Assembly: GCA_030324005.1 (NCBI GenBank)
Contig: JARDVH010000130.1
Coordinates: 19,356,262 to 19,420,261 of the forward strand
Length of the DNA: 64,000 nt
Direction of reading: 5' to 3'
DNA from: Negaprion brevirostris
Lineage: Eukaryota
Below are positions 39,126 through 50,530 of the stretch, piece by piece. The notes beneath the pieces were generated by a model, which made no database searches, had not been told where the DNA came from, and worked only from the letters and a program-made list of their open reading frames with translations. The number at the start of each line of letters is the position of its first letter. Position 1 is the stretch's first letter. The position numbers and the translations under genes were made by a program.

Positions 39126-39769
39126 TGAGTTCATCATGCCTCAGCTTGGCTCATCAAACTATCCAACAATTTATTTTTTATTAACATTTACGCACTCGCT
39201 ACATATCAAGAGCCACAAAAGCTGTTGACTCTTCAAAACCACTCACAAATCTTGATTAACCTTAAGTACAGGAAATATTGTTTAAATACCGGCATTGAGT
39301 TGCAAATAATTAACAGACTGAGTTAGTCGACAAAATACCTACGTTCAGTTATATTGCTATAATTCAGTATTTGATACTTGCTAATTGTGCATTTACAGTT
39401 GAGATCGGGATTTGAAATTGATGGAAATTAGTGATAGTTACTGTAAGATTGCAATCCTTAGATGTTTTGTAAGTTAGCAGTATTAGTCTGCTGAATAAAT
39501 TATAGACTTGTAGTTGTTTTCAGGGCTTTGACTTGATTGTTCTGAACTGACATAGTTGCACTAATTGTCTCATCTTTCTCTATTAACAAAAAGATGTCAG
39601 CCTTCTGAGATGTCAGAAGTTATGATTCCCTGGCAGTAACTGTGCAATCCATTCCTCTTGAATTCTTTATTTCTGCACAAATGCATCCTCCATGCTAGAT
39701 TAATGTATCTGGACTGACTGAGTTAAATCTCATCTACCTTGATCTGTGGGAAATTTGATCACCGTTAAC

Positions 39770-39850
39770 CATGAAATATTAACTCCGTTACTCTCTACAG
39801 ACGCTGCCTGATTTGCTGAGTATTTCCAGCATTTTCTGTTTTCATTTCAG
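39770..39850 (+). mobile_element. Penelope-like pLTR end
   Basis: gaaatattaactccgttactctctacagacgctgcctgatttgctgagtatttccagcattttctgttttcatttcag. Similar stubs occur at 1170-1290, 12820-12900, 55795-55870 and 56185-56240. Confidence 0.65.
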
Positions 39851-40059
39851 GGAAACGTGTATGTCTAATGATGTTGCTACATCTGCTGATAAGTGGTTGG
39901 TATATCTAAGTGTACCATCCTAGCTTCCGTAAACTTTTCTTCTCCAGGGCAGTACTGAATTTTCCAATTTATTATCTTATCTTGTTTTTTTTAAGATTAT
40001 CAGTTAAGCCAGCAATGTGGTTCACTTACACATGCTGAAAGCTACACATGTTCACACAT

Positions 40060-40352
40060 GGATGACATGGTGGCACATTGGTTAGCACTGCTGTCTCACA
40101 ATGCTAGACATCCAGGTTTGATTCCTGGCTTGGGTCACTCTGCAGAGTCTACACATTCTCCCTGTGTCTGTGTGGGTTTCCCCCAGGTGCTCCGGTTTCT
40201 TCCCACAGTCTGAAAGATGTGCTGGTTAGGTGCTATAGCCATCCTAAATTCTCTGTGTGCCCAAATAGGTGCCAGAATGTGGTGACTACGGGATTTTCAT
40301 AAAGCTTTATTGCAATATAAATGTAAGCCCACTTGCAACACTTTAAAATAAG
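40060..40352 (+). mobile_element. V-SINE, full length, alternative tail
   Basis: HE1-like head and V domain, then ..gtggtgactacgggattttcataaagctttattgcaatataaatgtaagcccacttg..aataa. Confidence 0.85.
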
Positions 40353-40364
40353 CTTTAAAAACGT

Positions 40365-40680
40365 GCGACCCTTTGCTGACAGAAGGAGCATATCCATGCA
40401 TTGTGTCTTTTTCAACCAAAAAAAGTTTGGATTGCCATTCCCGTGGCAATGCCTTGCCAATTCTGAGTTGATCTGCCTGGTTACACTTTGAACTTGGTAG
40501 TTAACTGTTCCCCGGTGCATTCTCTGTGGCAATGCCTCCACCAATCAGAGTCTATTTGCAACTGAGCAGCACTCTCTTCTCCTGCCATATAAGTTGTTGT
40601 TCTCTTCACTATTGGTATTCTCGCAAACTGTCCTGATGAGTGCAAAATGAAAAACTTCAACAGCATATTTTTCTTTTCAG
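40365..40680 (+). mobile_element. Penelope-like pLTR, third family, with internal direct repeat and minimal hammerhead
   Basis: gtggcaatgcct..ccaat..gagt occurs at ~40443 and ~40525. TATA-like catataag. ctgtc-CTGATGA-gtgcaaaat-GAAA-aacttc-aacag at 40628-40663. Confidence 0.6.
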
Positions 40681-40687
40681 TAGTATA

Positions 40688-40891
40688 AGCTGGGATTTTA
40701 TGGCTCCGTCCTCACCTCTGCTGCGGGTTTTCCCATGTTGAATGTGGTGAGTCATTGGCCACAGGCAGATCTTCTGGTCCCATCACTGTCCACAGGCTTT
40801 TGCATGCTTGCCCGCCTTGCTGCCAGGGAACCTGCTGCAGGGGTTAAATTTGGAGGTCCAGAGGATGGGAAGGGCCAGAAAATCCTATCCG
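40688..40891. mobile_element. ~200 bp MITE
   Basis: gctgggattttatggc ... gccagaaaatcctatcc terminal inverted repeats; homologous to 16998-17194. Confidence 0.6.
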
Positions 40892-40959
40892 TCATCTTTG
40901 TGAGATTGCATATGCCTCCGAACTTGCGGCTTCCTCACTCAGAGCCACAGGCAATGTGA

Positions 40960-41215
40960 TTTGAATTTATCAGCGGCCAAGTAAATGAAATTTGACAGCT
41001 GTTGACTGCTGTCCATAACTTAACTCACAAAGCCCATTCACCTTTGTGCTCGTTGACCTAAATTGCCTCTTAATCTGGCAAAGCCTCAGTTTTAAAATCC
41101 TTATGCTCTTTATTCAGATTCCTCTGTGGCCTAGCCCCTCCCTATCTCTGTAATCTTACCAGGTCTCTGCACTCCTCCAATTCAGTCCTCGTGTACATTC
41201 CTGATTTAATTGGTG
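40960..41215 (+). mobile_element. L2 LINE ORF2 C-terminal fragment
   Basis: cacctttgtgctcgttgacctaaattg..ttttaaaatcctt..ggcctagcccctccctatctc (TPVL.DLHW..FKIL..GLAPPYL-like). Confidence 0.65.
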
Positions 41216-41216
41216 C

Positions 41217-41447
41217 ATGGAATCACAGAATCCTTGCAGTGCAAAAGAATGCCATTCAGCCCATTGAGTCTGCACTGACTCTCTGACGGAGCATTTTACT
41301 CTGGCCCACCCCCTGCCCTGGTCCCATAACTTTACACATTTATCTCACTAATCCACCTAACCTATATATCTTTGGAGAGTGGGAGGAAATTGGAGCACCT
41401 GAACGAAACCCACGCAGACACTGGGCGAACGTGCAAACTTCTCACAC
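41217..41447 (-). mobile_element. HE1-type V-SINE, 5'-truncated
   Basis: Antisense CR1-type tail and V domain (ggaggaaattggagcacctg..gaaacccacgcagacac). Confidence 0.85.
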
Positions 41448-42264
41448 TTCACCAGTGGCAGCCACACTTTCTGTCCTGGCCCAAAACTTTTCAGTGTTTA
41501 TTAACCTGTAAACATGGTGCATATTCAACCATTCATTTTTTTAAAAGGTCCCTTAATTGTTTATTGGGTACACTAGATCTGAGTTCTCATCACCTTTTAC
41601 CAGAGCAGCTATTATTATTCCTCTATATACCTCATAGCTCACAGCTCATTACAGTATATTCTTAGTTTGCCTCATTGCACACGATGAGGGAAGAGATAAT
41701 AAAAATAGGAAGATTGCGCCTCTGAATTTCCTGCCAAGGATGTTTGCTCTTGTGCAATGGCATCCATTCATTCAGGACAATGATATCATTGTTTTCAGTG
41801 AATGAACTGATGCAGAGATGATTGGGGGCTCAAAAGGGAGACATGATACTGCATACAGAGCATTATTTGAAAATAATGAAACTTAGATGTAATCTTGCAA
41901 TGTTTTTGGATGATGTGCTTAACTGTGATTTATCTTCTTTCCTTTGTTTGTTTTTAACAGTAAATAAAATGACCACTTTAATGAGGGAAACGAATCCAAA
42001 GTCTTGTTCAATTGTGTGAAACTGCAGATAATTACTGCTTTTAAAATTGTATCATTCTCTTATTCACCTGGGTAACGAGGAGCATCTGTGATTTATTGTC
42101 GTTTATAAGTTTCTAATCCAATAATTATGGACTCATCAAATATCTTTTAAATCAGTCAAAATATTTGGGCAACAGTTTTTTATTTTAGTTTGCACTGTGT
42201 AAAATATATTATAAAGCAGATGAGTTTTAGAAACTGTGACCACTAGATCTGAGGTAAAGAAAAG

Positions 42265-42523
42265 TTTATATATTAGTCACAAGTAAGGCTTACGTTAACA
42301 CTGCAATGAAGTTACTGTGAAATTCCTCTGGTTGCCACGTTCTGCTGCCTGTTTGGGTCAATGCATCCAGTCAGCGTGTCTTTCAGACTGTGGGAGGAAA
42401 CTGGAGGACTTGGAGGAAACCCACACAGATATGGGAAGAAGGTGCAGACTCACAGACAGTGACCCAAGCTGGGAATCAAACCCAGGTCCTTGACGCTGTG
42501 AGGCTAACCGTTGTACCACTGTG
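42265..42523 (-). mobile_element. V-SINE, full length, alternative tail
   Basis: tattagtcacaagtaaggcttacgttaacactgcaatgaagttactgtgaaa, V domain and antisense head (gacccaagctgggaatcaaacccaggtcc..gctgtgagg). Confidence 0.85.
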
Positions 42524-43697
42524 TAAATGCCTGTGTTGGCTGTTAGTTTGCTGAATCAGAACCAAATCCATTTCAGCTTCAAAATAATTTGAATAATTCA
42601 TGCAGCACATTAGATAAGACATAACCTTGTGCATCATTAATCAGATCAGTACTGTACTAAATAAGGCAAAGTTTCATGATTTCAAAATCATTTTCGTTCA
42701 GACAGAGTATTCTGCCAATTTAAGGTGTTAGATTTGTGCCTCAATCACCAGACTTATTCCTAATATTGGAGTGCCTTTCCACTGAGTTTTATTTTAGCCA
42801 CATTAACATCACCTCCCAGTTTAAATTTTTCTTGGTTTTCATCTTGTGTTTCCTGGTCACCATTCCTATCCCAGTTCTGCAGGAATGAGTCTCAGAGCTA
42901 CCACACATCAAATCAGCAGATTTTCTTCAAGCTTTCCTTTGCGTAGCCAGTGTTGATTACCCAACAAGTTGAGCTAAAACTCGTTGCTCTTCCATGAGTG
43001 TGACTCCATATCTTAACAAGACTATTAAATCCATGCTGTCCAAATGCAGACTGATGTAATAAATCATAAAATGACTACTGATTGAAATCAATCAGGGCTA
43101 AGACAAACAAGAAGATCACTGAATGCTTGGAGCTTAATAGTGAGATTGGATATTATTCTTCCTTGAGGGAGAAAACAAGCCAAAGCCTGGCTTGTTTTGC
43201 CAGTCACCAATTAGTGTAAAATGCTTGGATCGTATGCCTCAGAATTGTGTTAGCTGGAGCATAAAATCATCAATCGATCTAATTTTGTGGGATTTGTTGC
43301 TTTATTGTTAAATGATTCATATCTCTTCAATTGTTGACTAAGATGTTTAACAATCTTCCTTGCTGTGTATTGGTGTATTTGCTTTATTATTAATGATCAA
43401 GTTTGCTATACAACAAACTGGGAGTTAACATGCGCTTCATTCTGACAGACAAGTGCTAAATAGCCTCTAAAGATAAATGCTGAGACTTGTCTTATCAGTG
43501 CTGAAAGATCCAACCTCATCTCTGCAGCCAGTTAAGCAAATAGATTCTATTGAACAGAAAGAAGTGGATTGGACACTGATTCCTGCATTGTGTTCTGTTG
43601 GCATCCAAGTATTGTCAGAAAACTAACAGCTCACTGAATGGATTAATGCTCTGATGATCTAATAAGGTTCAATAACAACTTAAAGAGCAAAACTGAA

Positions 43698-44230
43698 GGG
43701 TGGAATTCTCCCAACCTGCCGTAGCAGCTTTGGTGCTGAGCGGGCATGGTGACTCTGGTGAGAATTAAAAATTCGGAAACCCAACATTGTAAAATCCCAG
43801 TGCAACCCTCCCAATAGGTTAATGGTGGGTTGCTCTTCCCGCTGGTATGTGATGCAAATCCATTTGCATTTCATGAAAATGCATTAGAACAGCTTCCAGT
43901 CCACCATCCCATCAGACCTTCCAATCTTGATTCACACTGGTGGGAACTTAGGTTGGCATTGAACCCGTGATGTGCAAAAGGCGATGCTTAATTCATCTGA
44001 GACTTCGGAGGGGGGAGTGCAACAACTTTTTGCCAAAGCGCTGTGCTGTTCCTGATGCGCTCGCTGTTCACCACGCTGCCAGGCAGACCGGTTGCTGCTT
44101 CCATCTCCGTGCTGAGTTGAGCTTGAACCAAGGAACAGACTTTTACTTGAGACTGGTAGTCTTCTTTTCTCTGGATTGCTGACATTTTGCACAGCCTGGC
44201 CAAGACATTTGGGCTGGAGAGCATGTTACA
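43698..44230. mobile_element. Harbinger-like DNA element end
   Basis: Starts gggtggaattctccca (same terminal type as 53027-53969); internally homologous to 6880-7150. Confidence 0.6.
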
Positions 44231-45602
44231 GGTGTGCTGGACTGCTGTTTAGATATGGCATCGGGACTTTTGAACCCATCAGCTGAGGGAGGTGGAAAAA
44301 TAAGCTACCAGCCTGCTGGCAGAGTTAGAGGGGAACTTGTTTGTGTATAAGAAATGAGATTCAAACTGCAGTATCTGGCGTGGGTTCCTACTATTCTGAT
44401 CAGTGGGACAGTGCCACCAGAACTATCCACCACTTAACCTCAAAATGGGAGAGCCCTGCCCAAAGCTTTCCCACCCTCAGTGACAATTCTGTATCTTTTC
44501 ACAAGGTTTCTGATAAAAATTATTCCATTTCAATGGAGAGAAACTCTGTTCAGTTAGACAGACAAAGCTCTTGGATCTAATGCTCAGTCCGTATACTGAT
44601 CCCCAAGACACTTCACAGGACATCATTTCTTTTTTGAAATTGCTCATAGTTTTCTGGGAGAGTTGATCATTTTTCCTGTAATGTCTTGCTGGCCAAATTT
44701 TAAAAAGTGAAATGAAAGACGTGGAAATTGCCTTTTTTTTTTTAAAGATAAAATTACTATATATTGTGGTGAACTTCACTTCAGGGATCCTCAATTCAGA
44801 TTGCTTTGATTCAATCCAATGATTCCATGAAGTGGAACGATCCCTTGACAATAGAACTAATTCCCTGGCAATCAGATGACTGCCCAGTGGTTAGCAATCT
44901 GCTGAGATGGTGCACATTATGGAAAAGCCTAAACAGCTTGGAGTCAGTGAATTTCAGTAAAGCAATGTTTCAATTGCTTCATTGACTCCCCATTGCGGAG
45001 CAGAAAGGGAGATATTTGTGCACAGTGCCGTAGATGGAAGCAATTGCCATAAGGCGATTAGACATCTTGGACCACTGTTGGGGTGAAAACAGGACATTTT
45101 TAAAGAGCAAGCTGTGCTGTGACCCATAAAATCCAGTCCCCTGTCTAATAATTCACTGCAGATTATAAAGTGGCACAAGTATAATTGATCAGAAAGAAGC
45201 ACATGCAAAACTAATCAGTTGCTACAAAAGAAAGCAAAGAAACTTGGAAATTATTGTAAATTAACTTCTGTTCATAGCCTCTAGATCATGTAGTGTAGCA
45301 TTGCTGCCTGTTCTCAAGGATAGAGGTTAGTCATTGGTAAAGAAATGGAATTCCATGGTTGTTATAAGGGGAATCAAGTTTCAATAGAATATATATTGAG
45401 TGAAGTACCCAGTGAGCTCATCCCCTTCCTGGTAGAGATCTGGAATTGTACTCTCAGTGCAAGGTGAGTTTAGTGTTGATGTTTCTCAGGACTAATAGGA
45501 GAGCTGGCCATCCATTTGGGCATGACCTAGCAACAATATTGTCACTTAGGTTGGCCAGTGGACCAATGGTTTGCAATTGTAATTGGAGACTGAGGAATGT
45601 GC

Positions 45603-45935
45603 AACAACATAGGAATTGGGAGAAGTTGTAGTCCATTTGACCCCTGGAGCCTGCTCCTCCATACGATAGGATTGTGGCTGATGATTTTGGTCTTGGCTCC
45701 AATTTCTCAAATACCCCAAATAAGCTTTGACTCCCTTGTTAATCAAAAATCTACCCAACTTGGTTTCAAATACATCCAGTCCCCACTGCGCCCTGGGGAG
45801 AATTCCACTGACTAATGACCCACTGAGAGATAGAAATTCTTCTCATTTGTCTTAAATGAGAGACCCCTAATTTTTAAACAGCAACCCTTAGTCCGAGATA
45901 CCCCCATAAGTGGAAATATCCGCTCAGCGTTCAAA
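45603..45935 (-). mobile_element. CR1 LINE 3' end
   Basis: aacataggaattgggag..gagcctgctcctccat tail; antisense EMRNF-like attctctcatttg. Confidence 0.75.
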
Positions 45936-46185
45936 ACTGATGAAATTGCCCGATGGTGTGGTTATAGTTTCTAGTGGAATGTAGTTCTGCTGGTGCTCAG
46001 TTTTAATGTGCAAAATCTCTGCTAAGTCAGAGCAATTTGGCACAGCAGTCATGCCACATAACATGAGAGAGAGTATCCCTCATATGAAGTTGGCATTTTG
46101 TCTCCACAAGGGACATCTCCTACATGTACTGTCGTAGTTGGTTGCATCTGTGCCAAGTGAATGCAACCCTATTCATTTGCTTGGT

Positions 46186-46990
46186 GGGGGGAGATGGTGG
46201 CATTGTGACATTGTCACTGGACTAGTAATCCGGTGACCTGGCCCGAGAATCTGGGTTTGGATCTCCCCAGAGCAGATGGACAATGTTGAATTGAATTTCA
46301 AAAAAAATACGTAGCATAGATTTAAGTTAACAAGCAAGGGATTTAGAGGGGATTGGAGGAAAAACTTTTTCACCCAGAATATAATGGGAATTAGGAATTC
46401 TCTGTCTCAAAGGGTGGTAGAGGCGTCAACTCTCACAACATTTAAGAAGCATTTAGGTAAGCACTTGAAATGCCATAGCAGACAAGGCTATGGAGTATTC
46501 TGGAAAATGGAATTGGAATAGATAGCTACTCAATGGAGTTTGGAAGGATGAGGGGGGATCTCTTTGAAACTTCTATATTACTGAAAGGCCTAGATCGAGT
46601 GGACGTTGAGAAGATGTTTCCATTAGTTGGAGAGATGAGAATCCGAGGGTGCAGCCTCAGAGGAAAGCACTCTTTTAGAATTGAGAAGAGGAGGATTTTC
46701 TTCAGCTTGCGAATAGTGAATCTCTGTAATTCATAGCCACAGAAGGCTTTGGAGGCCAAGTCATTGAGTATATTTAAGACAGAAATAGGTTCTTGATAAG
46801 GATATCAAAGGTTGCGGGGAAAAGATGAGAGAATGAGGTTGAGAAACATGTCAGTCATGATTGAATGGCAGAGCAGACTTGATGGGCCTAATGACCTAAT
46901 TCTGCTCAATATCTTGTCTTATTTCAAATGATGGCTGTCACAGACTTGATGGGCCAGAGGGCTTCTTTCTGAGCTGTGAAAACTCTTATG
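46186..46990 (+). mobile_element. SINE head followed by two nested CR1 3' ends
   Basis: 46186-46310 matches the 48456 SINE head. One CR1 (46315-46525) is split by a second CR1 (46526-46922, MRGDLFET..KGLDRVD) and its tail resumes at ~46926-46990. Confidence 0.75.
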
Positions 46991-48455
46991 AATGGATTAA
47001 CAATGTGGTCATGGAGGTTTTGTCGTCTTGGTCCTGTTCCTGCCTGCTGCTGGCCCAGTGTGGCAGCTATGTCCTTTGGGATTCTGCCATCTCACTTGAG
47101 TGCTGTTGCAGTACNNNNNNNNNNNNNNNNNNNNNNNNNNNNNNNNNNNNNNNNNNNNNNNNNNNNNNNNNNNNNNNNNNNNNNNNNNNNNNNNNNNNNN
47201 NNNNNNNNNNNNNNNNATTAGCAGGGCTATTGATCATGGATTCGAGAATCAATGGTAAGCATCCCGGATACCACTATTTAATGCTGTGCTTCTATCTCTG
47301 GTGTGTCTGCTCTCCCAGTGAGCACACCAGGAATGAGAGTTAGAGTCCTTGGGTCTGAAGTATGATTTTGATCATGGCTAGGCTGGATTTTATGGGGTAC
47401 AGTGCCACCCCCTGCCAAGCTGAAGAATGGCTTGCTGCTGCTTTTTAACACCCTATTGGCTATTAATAGTTTGGAGGTGGGATTTTTGACAGGAAGTCTG
47501 CCTCAGAACTGCTGGCCAATCAGATGTTGACAACTCTCCAACTTCAACAGCACCACCAGGAGTGGTGGTCACTACTTGTACTACCGTCCAGCATTAAGAA
47601 AGCATCTGGGAAGTGCTGGGAGTCTTGGTGGTAGGCCCAGCAAGGGGTGTAGAGGGCAAGTGGTGTCATCCTGGACATTTGTGCTCAAGTCTTAATGTGG
47701 TACTTGGATTTTCCAATTCAACGTACATGTGCTATCAACTAAACCATGGCTTATGCCTCTCATATCTACCACAGTCCCCAACATGTACAAATGTTTCACA
47801 TGTGTGGCTGAAAACTGTAGCTTTGGTCATCTTAATGTTGACTTCGAGAGAATTCCATCTCAGCTACAACGTAATATTAACAAGAAAAGTGACAGCGCAG
47901 AGGTAACCGTATGGTTCGAGATGAGACTGAATGCCGTTAATGCGTCAACATCTCCTGAAAGTTTTTTTCATTAGTTAAAGTAACAGACATGAGCTACAGG
48001 ATCACCGAGTCTGCTGCTTCGCTGGAATACAAAGGAATCATTTGTTGACTCAGATGGGATGCACGTAAAACCAATGTGCAACCCTGTCACATCTTCCTTT
48101 CAAAAATTGAAAAACATGCAGTTTAACTAGTTGAATAAAACAAACACAGACAGGAAATCTGAAACTGAACCAAAACCAAACAGAGAATCACAAATGGGCC
48201 TTGTGAAAACAAATAGTCCTTTAATTGAGATGGGGGTTGGCACTATCATCCTGAACTGTAATAGGCAATTTCTGTCTGACTGTTGTAGCAATTCCTACTT
48301 GCTTTGAAGAGGAGAGTGTGGACTGTGTACAGGACCTCTGAGAGAAGTGTTTCTGAAAAATCCTCAATCTTAAGTCTTGCTTACAGATGTAATCAGTTTA
48401 AATCAACTGATGGCAATTCCTACAGCCTTTGAGTTGCATGGAATAACTTCCTGTG

Positions 48456-48830
48456 GAGGAGGTAATGGGCTAGTGGTTTAATCACTAGATTATTAATCCA
48501 GAAACTCAGCTAATGTTCTGGGGACCTGGGTTTGAATCCCACCACAGCAGATGGTTGAATTTGAATTCAATTAAAAAGAAAATCTGGAATAAAGAATCTA
48601 CTGATGACCATGAAACTATTGTCAATTGTCGGAAAAACCCATGTGAATGTCCTTTAGGGAAGGAAATCTGCCATCCTTACCGGATCTGGTCTGAATCTGA
48701 CTCCAGAGCCTCAGCAATGTGGTTGACTTATCAACTGCTCTCTGAAATGGCCACTCAGTTCAAAGGCAGTTTGGGATGGGCAACAAATGAACTGGCCGGT
48801 GACGCCCATGTCCCACAATTGAATAAAAAA
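48456..48830 (+). mobile_element. tRNA-derived SINE, distinct from HE1, with an L2/CR1-group tail
   Basis: A box tgggctagtggt and B box ggtttgaatccc. Tail gggatgggcaacaaatg..gacgcccatgtccca..tgaataaaaaa, shared with the LINE end at 21180. Confidence 0.8.
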
Positions 48831-50249
48831 GCATATTCCAGTCAGGCTTTCATCCACTATGTATTTATTAATGTGACTTTACATTTTGTGTCTTGGTAAT
48901 ATTGCTGATATTGATGCATGCGTGTCTTCCTCAATCAAGTATTTATGCTCCAGGAGTGTTCACACTATTTGAATCCATGACTTAAATCTCTGTGCAGCAT
49001 GTATTCTTGCACCTTCACTTGCTGTGTTGCATTAATCTGATAGAACTGGAAACTCTGAACTGTGTCTACTTTGTGAAGAGCTGTTCTGGGGTTAGTGAAG
49101 TGATCAGGTTACATGTTAAAATCCCCCATCTTGGCAAACGGCATCAATTCTGCGGTTATCAATTATGGACCATTATCTGTAACTAGAACATCCGGTATCT
49201 GAAATCTTGCAACCATTATATGTCGTAACTGAAGTGTGATGCCAGCTGCTTTGACAAAGTGACTGTAATAGTTTCACACCAGGGGCAGGGTACAGCCAGT
49301 AACTCAAGTGATTCAACCAAGGATTTTGCTCCAATTTTATGCTGTAATAGTGGTTCATTACTTGAAGAACTCCTGAGAACTGAACAACTATCAAAGTTTG
49401 CAACTTTTTATTTGCTTTACTGGGCAAGAAAAGGCTGTTGTAGATGTCTTGGATATAAACTTCAATGCCACTAGTTCAGTGAATGAGCTACTCGCATGAA
49501 TTCCTTTCTCAAAATATCAGGTTTGATTGCAGGAAATGCCACTTGTTCCAATTTTTTCCCCCTATTTTGCAGAATTGCAATAACTTTGCTCACGAGCTTC
49601 ACAGAAACTGAAGACAGGAGGAAATGACAAATGGAGTGGTGGATTCATGAGTTATTGTTCCTTGAAACTGAAATCCAAGTTAGTGTTTGAATAGTTGGTT
49701 CAAGTGGAGGCATTTTGGGTTTTCTGACCTAATTCCAGGCCACCTTTGTGGAATGATGATCTGTGATTGCTTCTGAACCATGTACTGTGGCACAGTTATT
49801 GCTAATGTCAATCTCCAACAGGAAGTGATTAATGTTTAGCTCGTGTAAAATCACAGGCATCAACTTTTGCTGGGTGCATCTGCTNNNNNNNNNNNNNNNN
49901 NTAAAACTTTTGGACGTTTTTTCAAAGCCTTAACAGCAAGGTTATTTGAAATTTCTTAGCCATGTTGGTTATAGGCTTGATTCTCATTGGCTCTGATCGA
50001 TTTGAATGCTTTCCACCTTCTGTCCATAGCACACATGTTCAGCAAATGTGTATCACAGATCATGTGTCCCAACTATCATAAAAGGCAGTATGTTGATGAG
50101 CAAGAGAAGTCCAAAGATAGCCTTAGGGAACCATGAAGGTGATTGTGCAGAAGAAAGAAGCAAAGCTGTTGGCTCTCTCTGGCAGAATGTTAATGAAATA
50201 CCAGCCAACTCGCTACAACTGTTCTTACAATGGAAGGGAGTTGATGGAG

Positions 50250-50530
50250 GAGGATAATGGTTTGTTGGGATAATGTAGTCATCACAAAAGAGGTCATTCC
50301 TGACTTTAGCCCGGGTTGAAGCTGGACTGGTCAAACAGGGAGTTTTAATGGACATGAGTGCTGAATGATGATGATGTATTTGAAGCATTAGTGATATATT
50401 ACAGGTGATAGAGATGAGATGGATGGTAGTGGGGAATGATGCACAGGTGGAGACTTTTTCACAGTAGAGTAATTTGATTTTGGCAAGGTGGCAGACCAGA
50501 GTCAAAGGTTATTGCATCACACGGCTGAAG
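50250..50530 (-). mobile_element. L2 ORF2 fragment, decayed
   Basis: Minus strand AKIKLLY..KVSTC..FPTTIHL resembles the L2 AK..YY...I.....K.LF.T...L region. Confidence 0.4.

Noticed and set aside
43932-44224. Overlapping ORFs that look like a possible exon
   Set aside because: The sequence is homologous to 7080-7150 and lies inside a dispersed DNA element; no similarity to TBC1D22.
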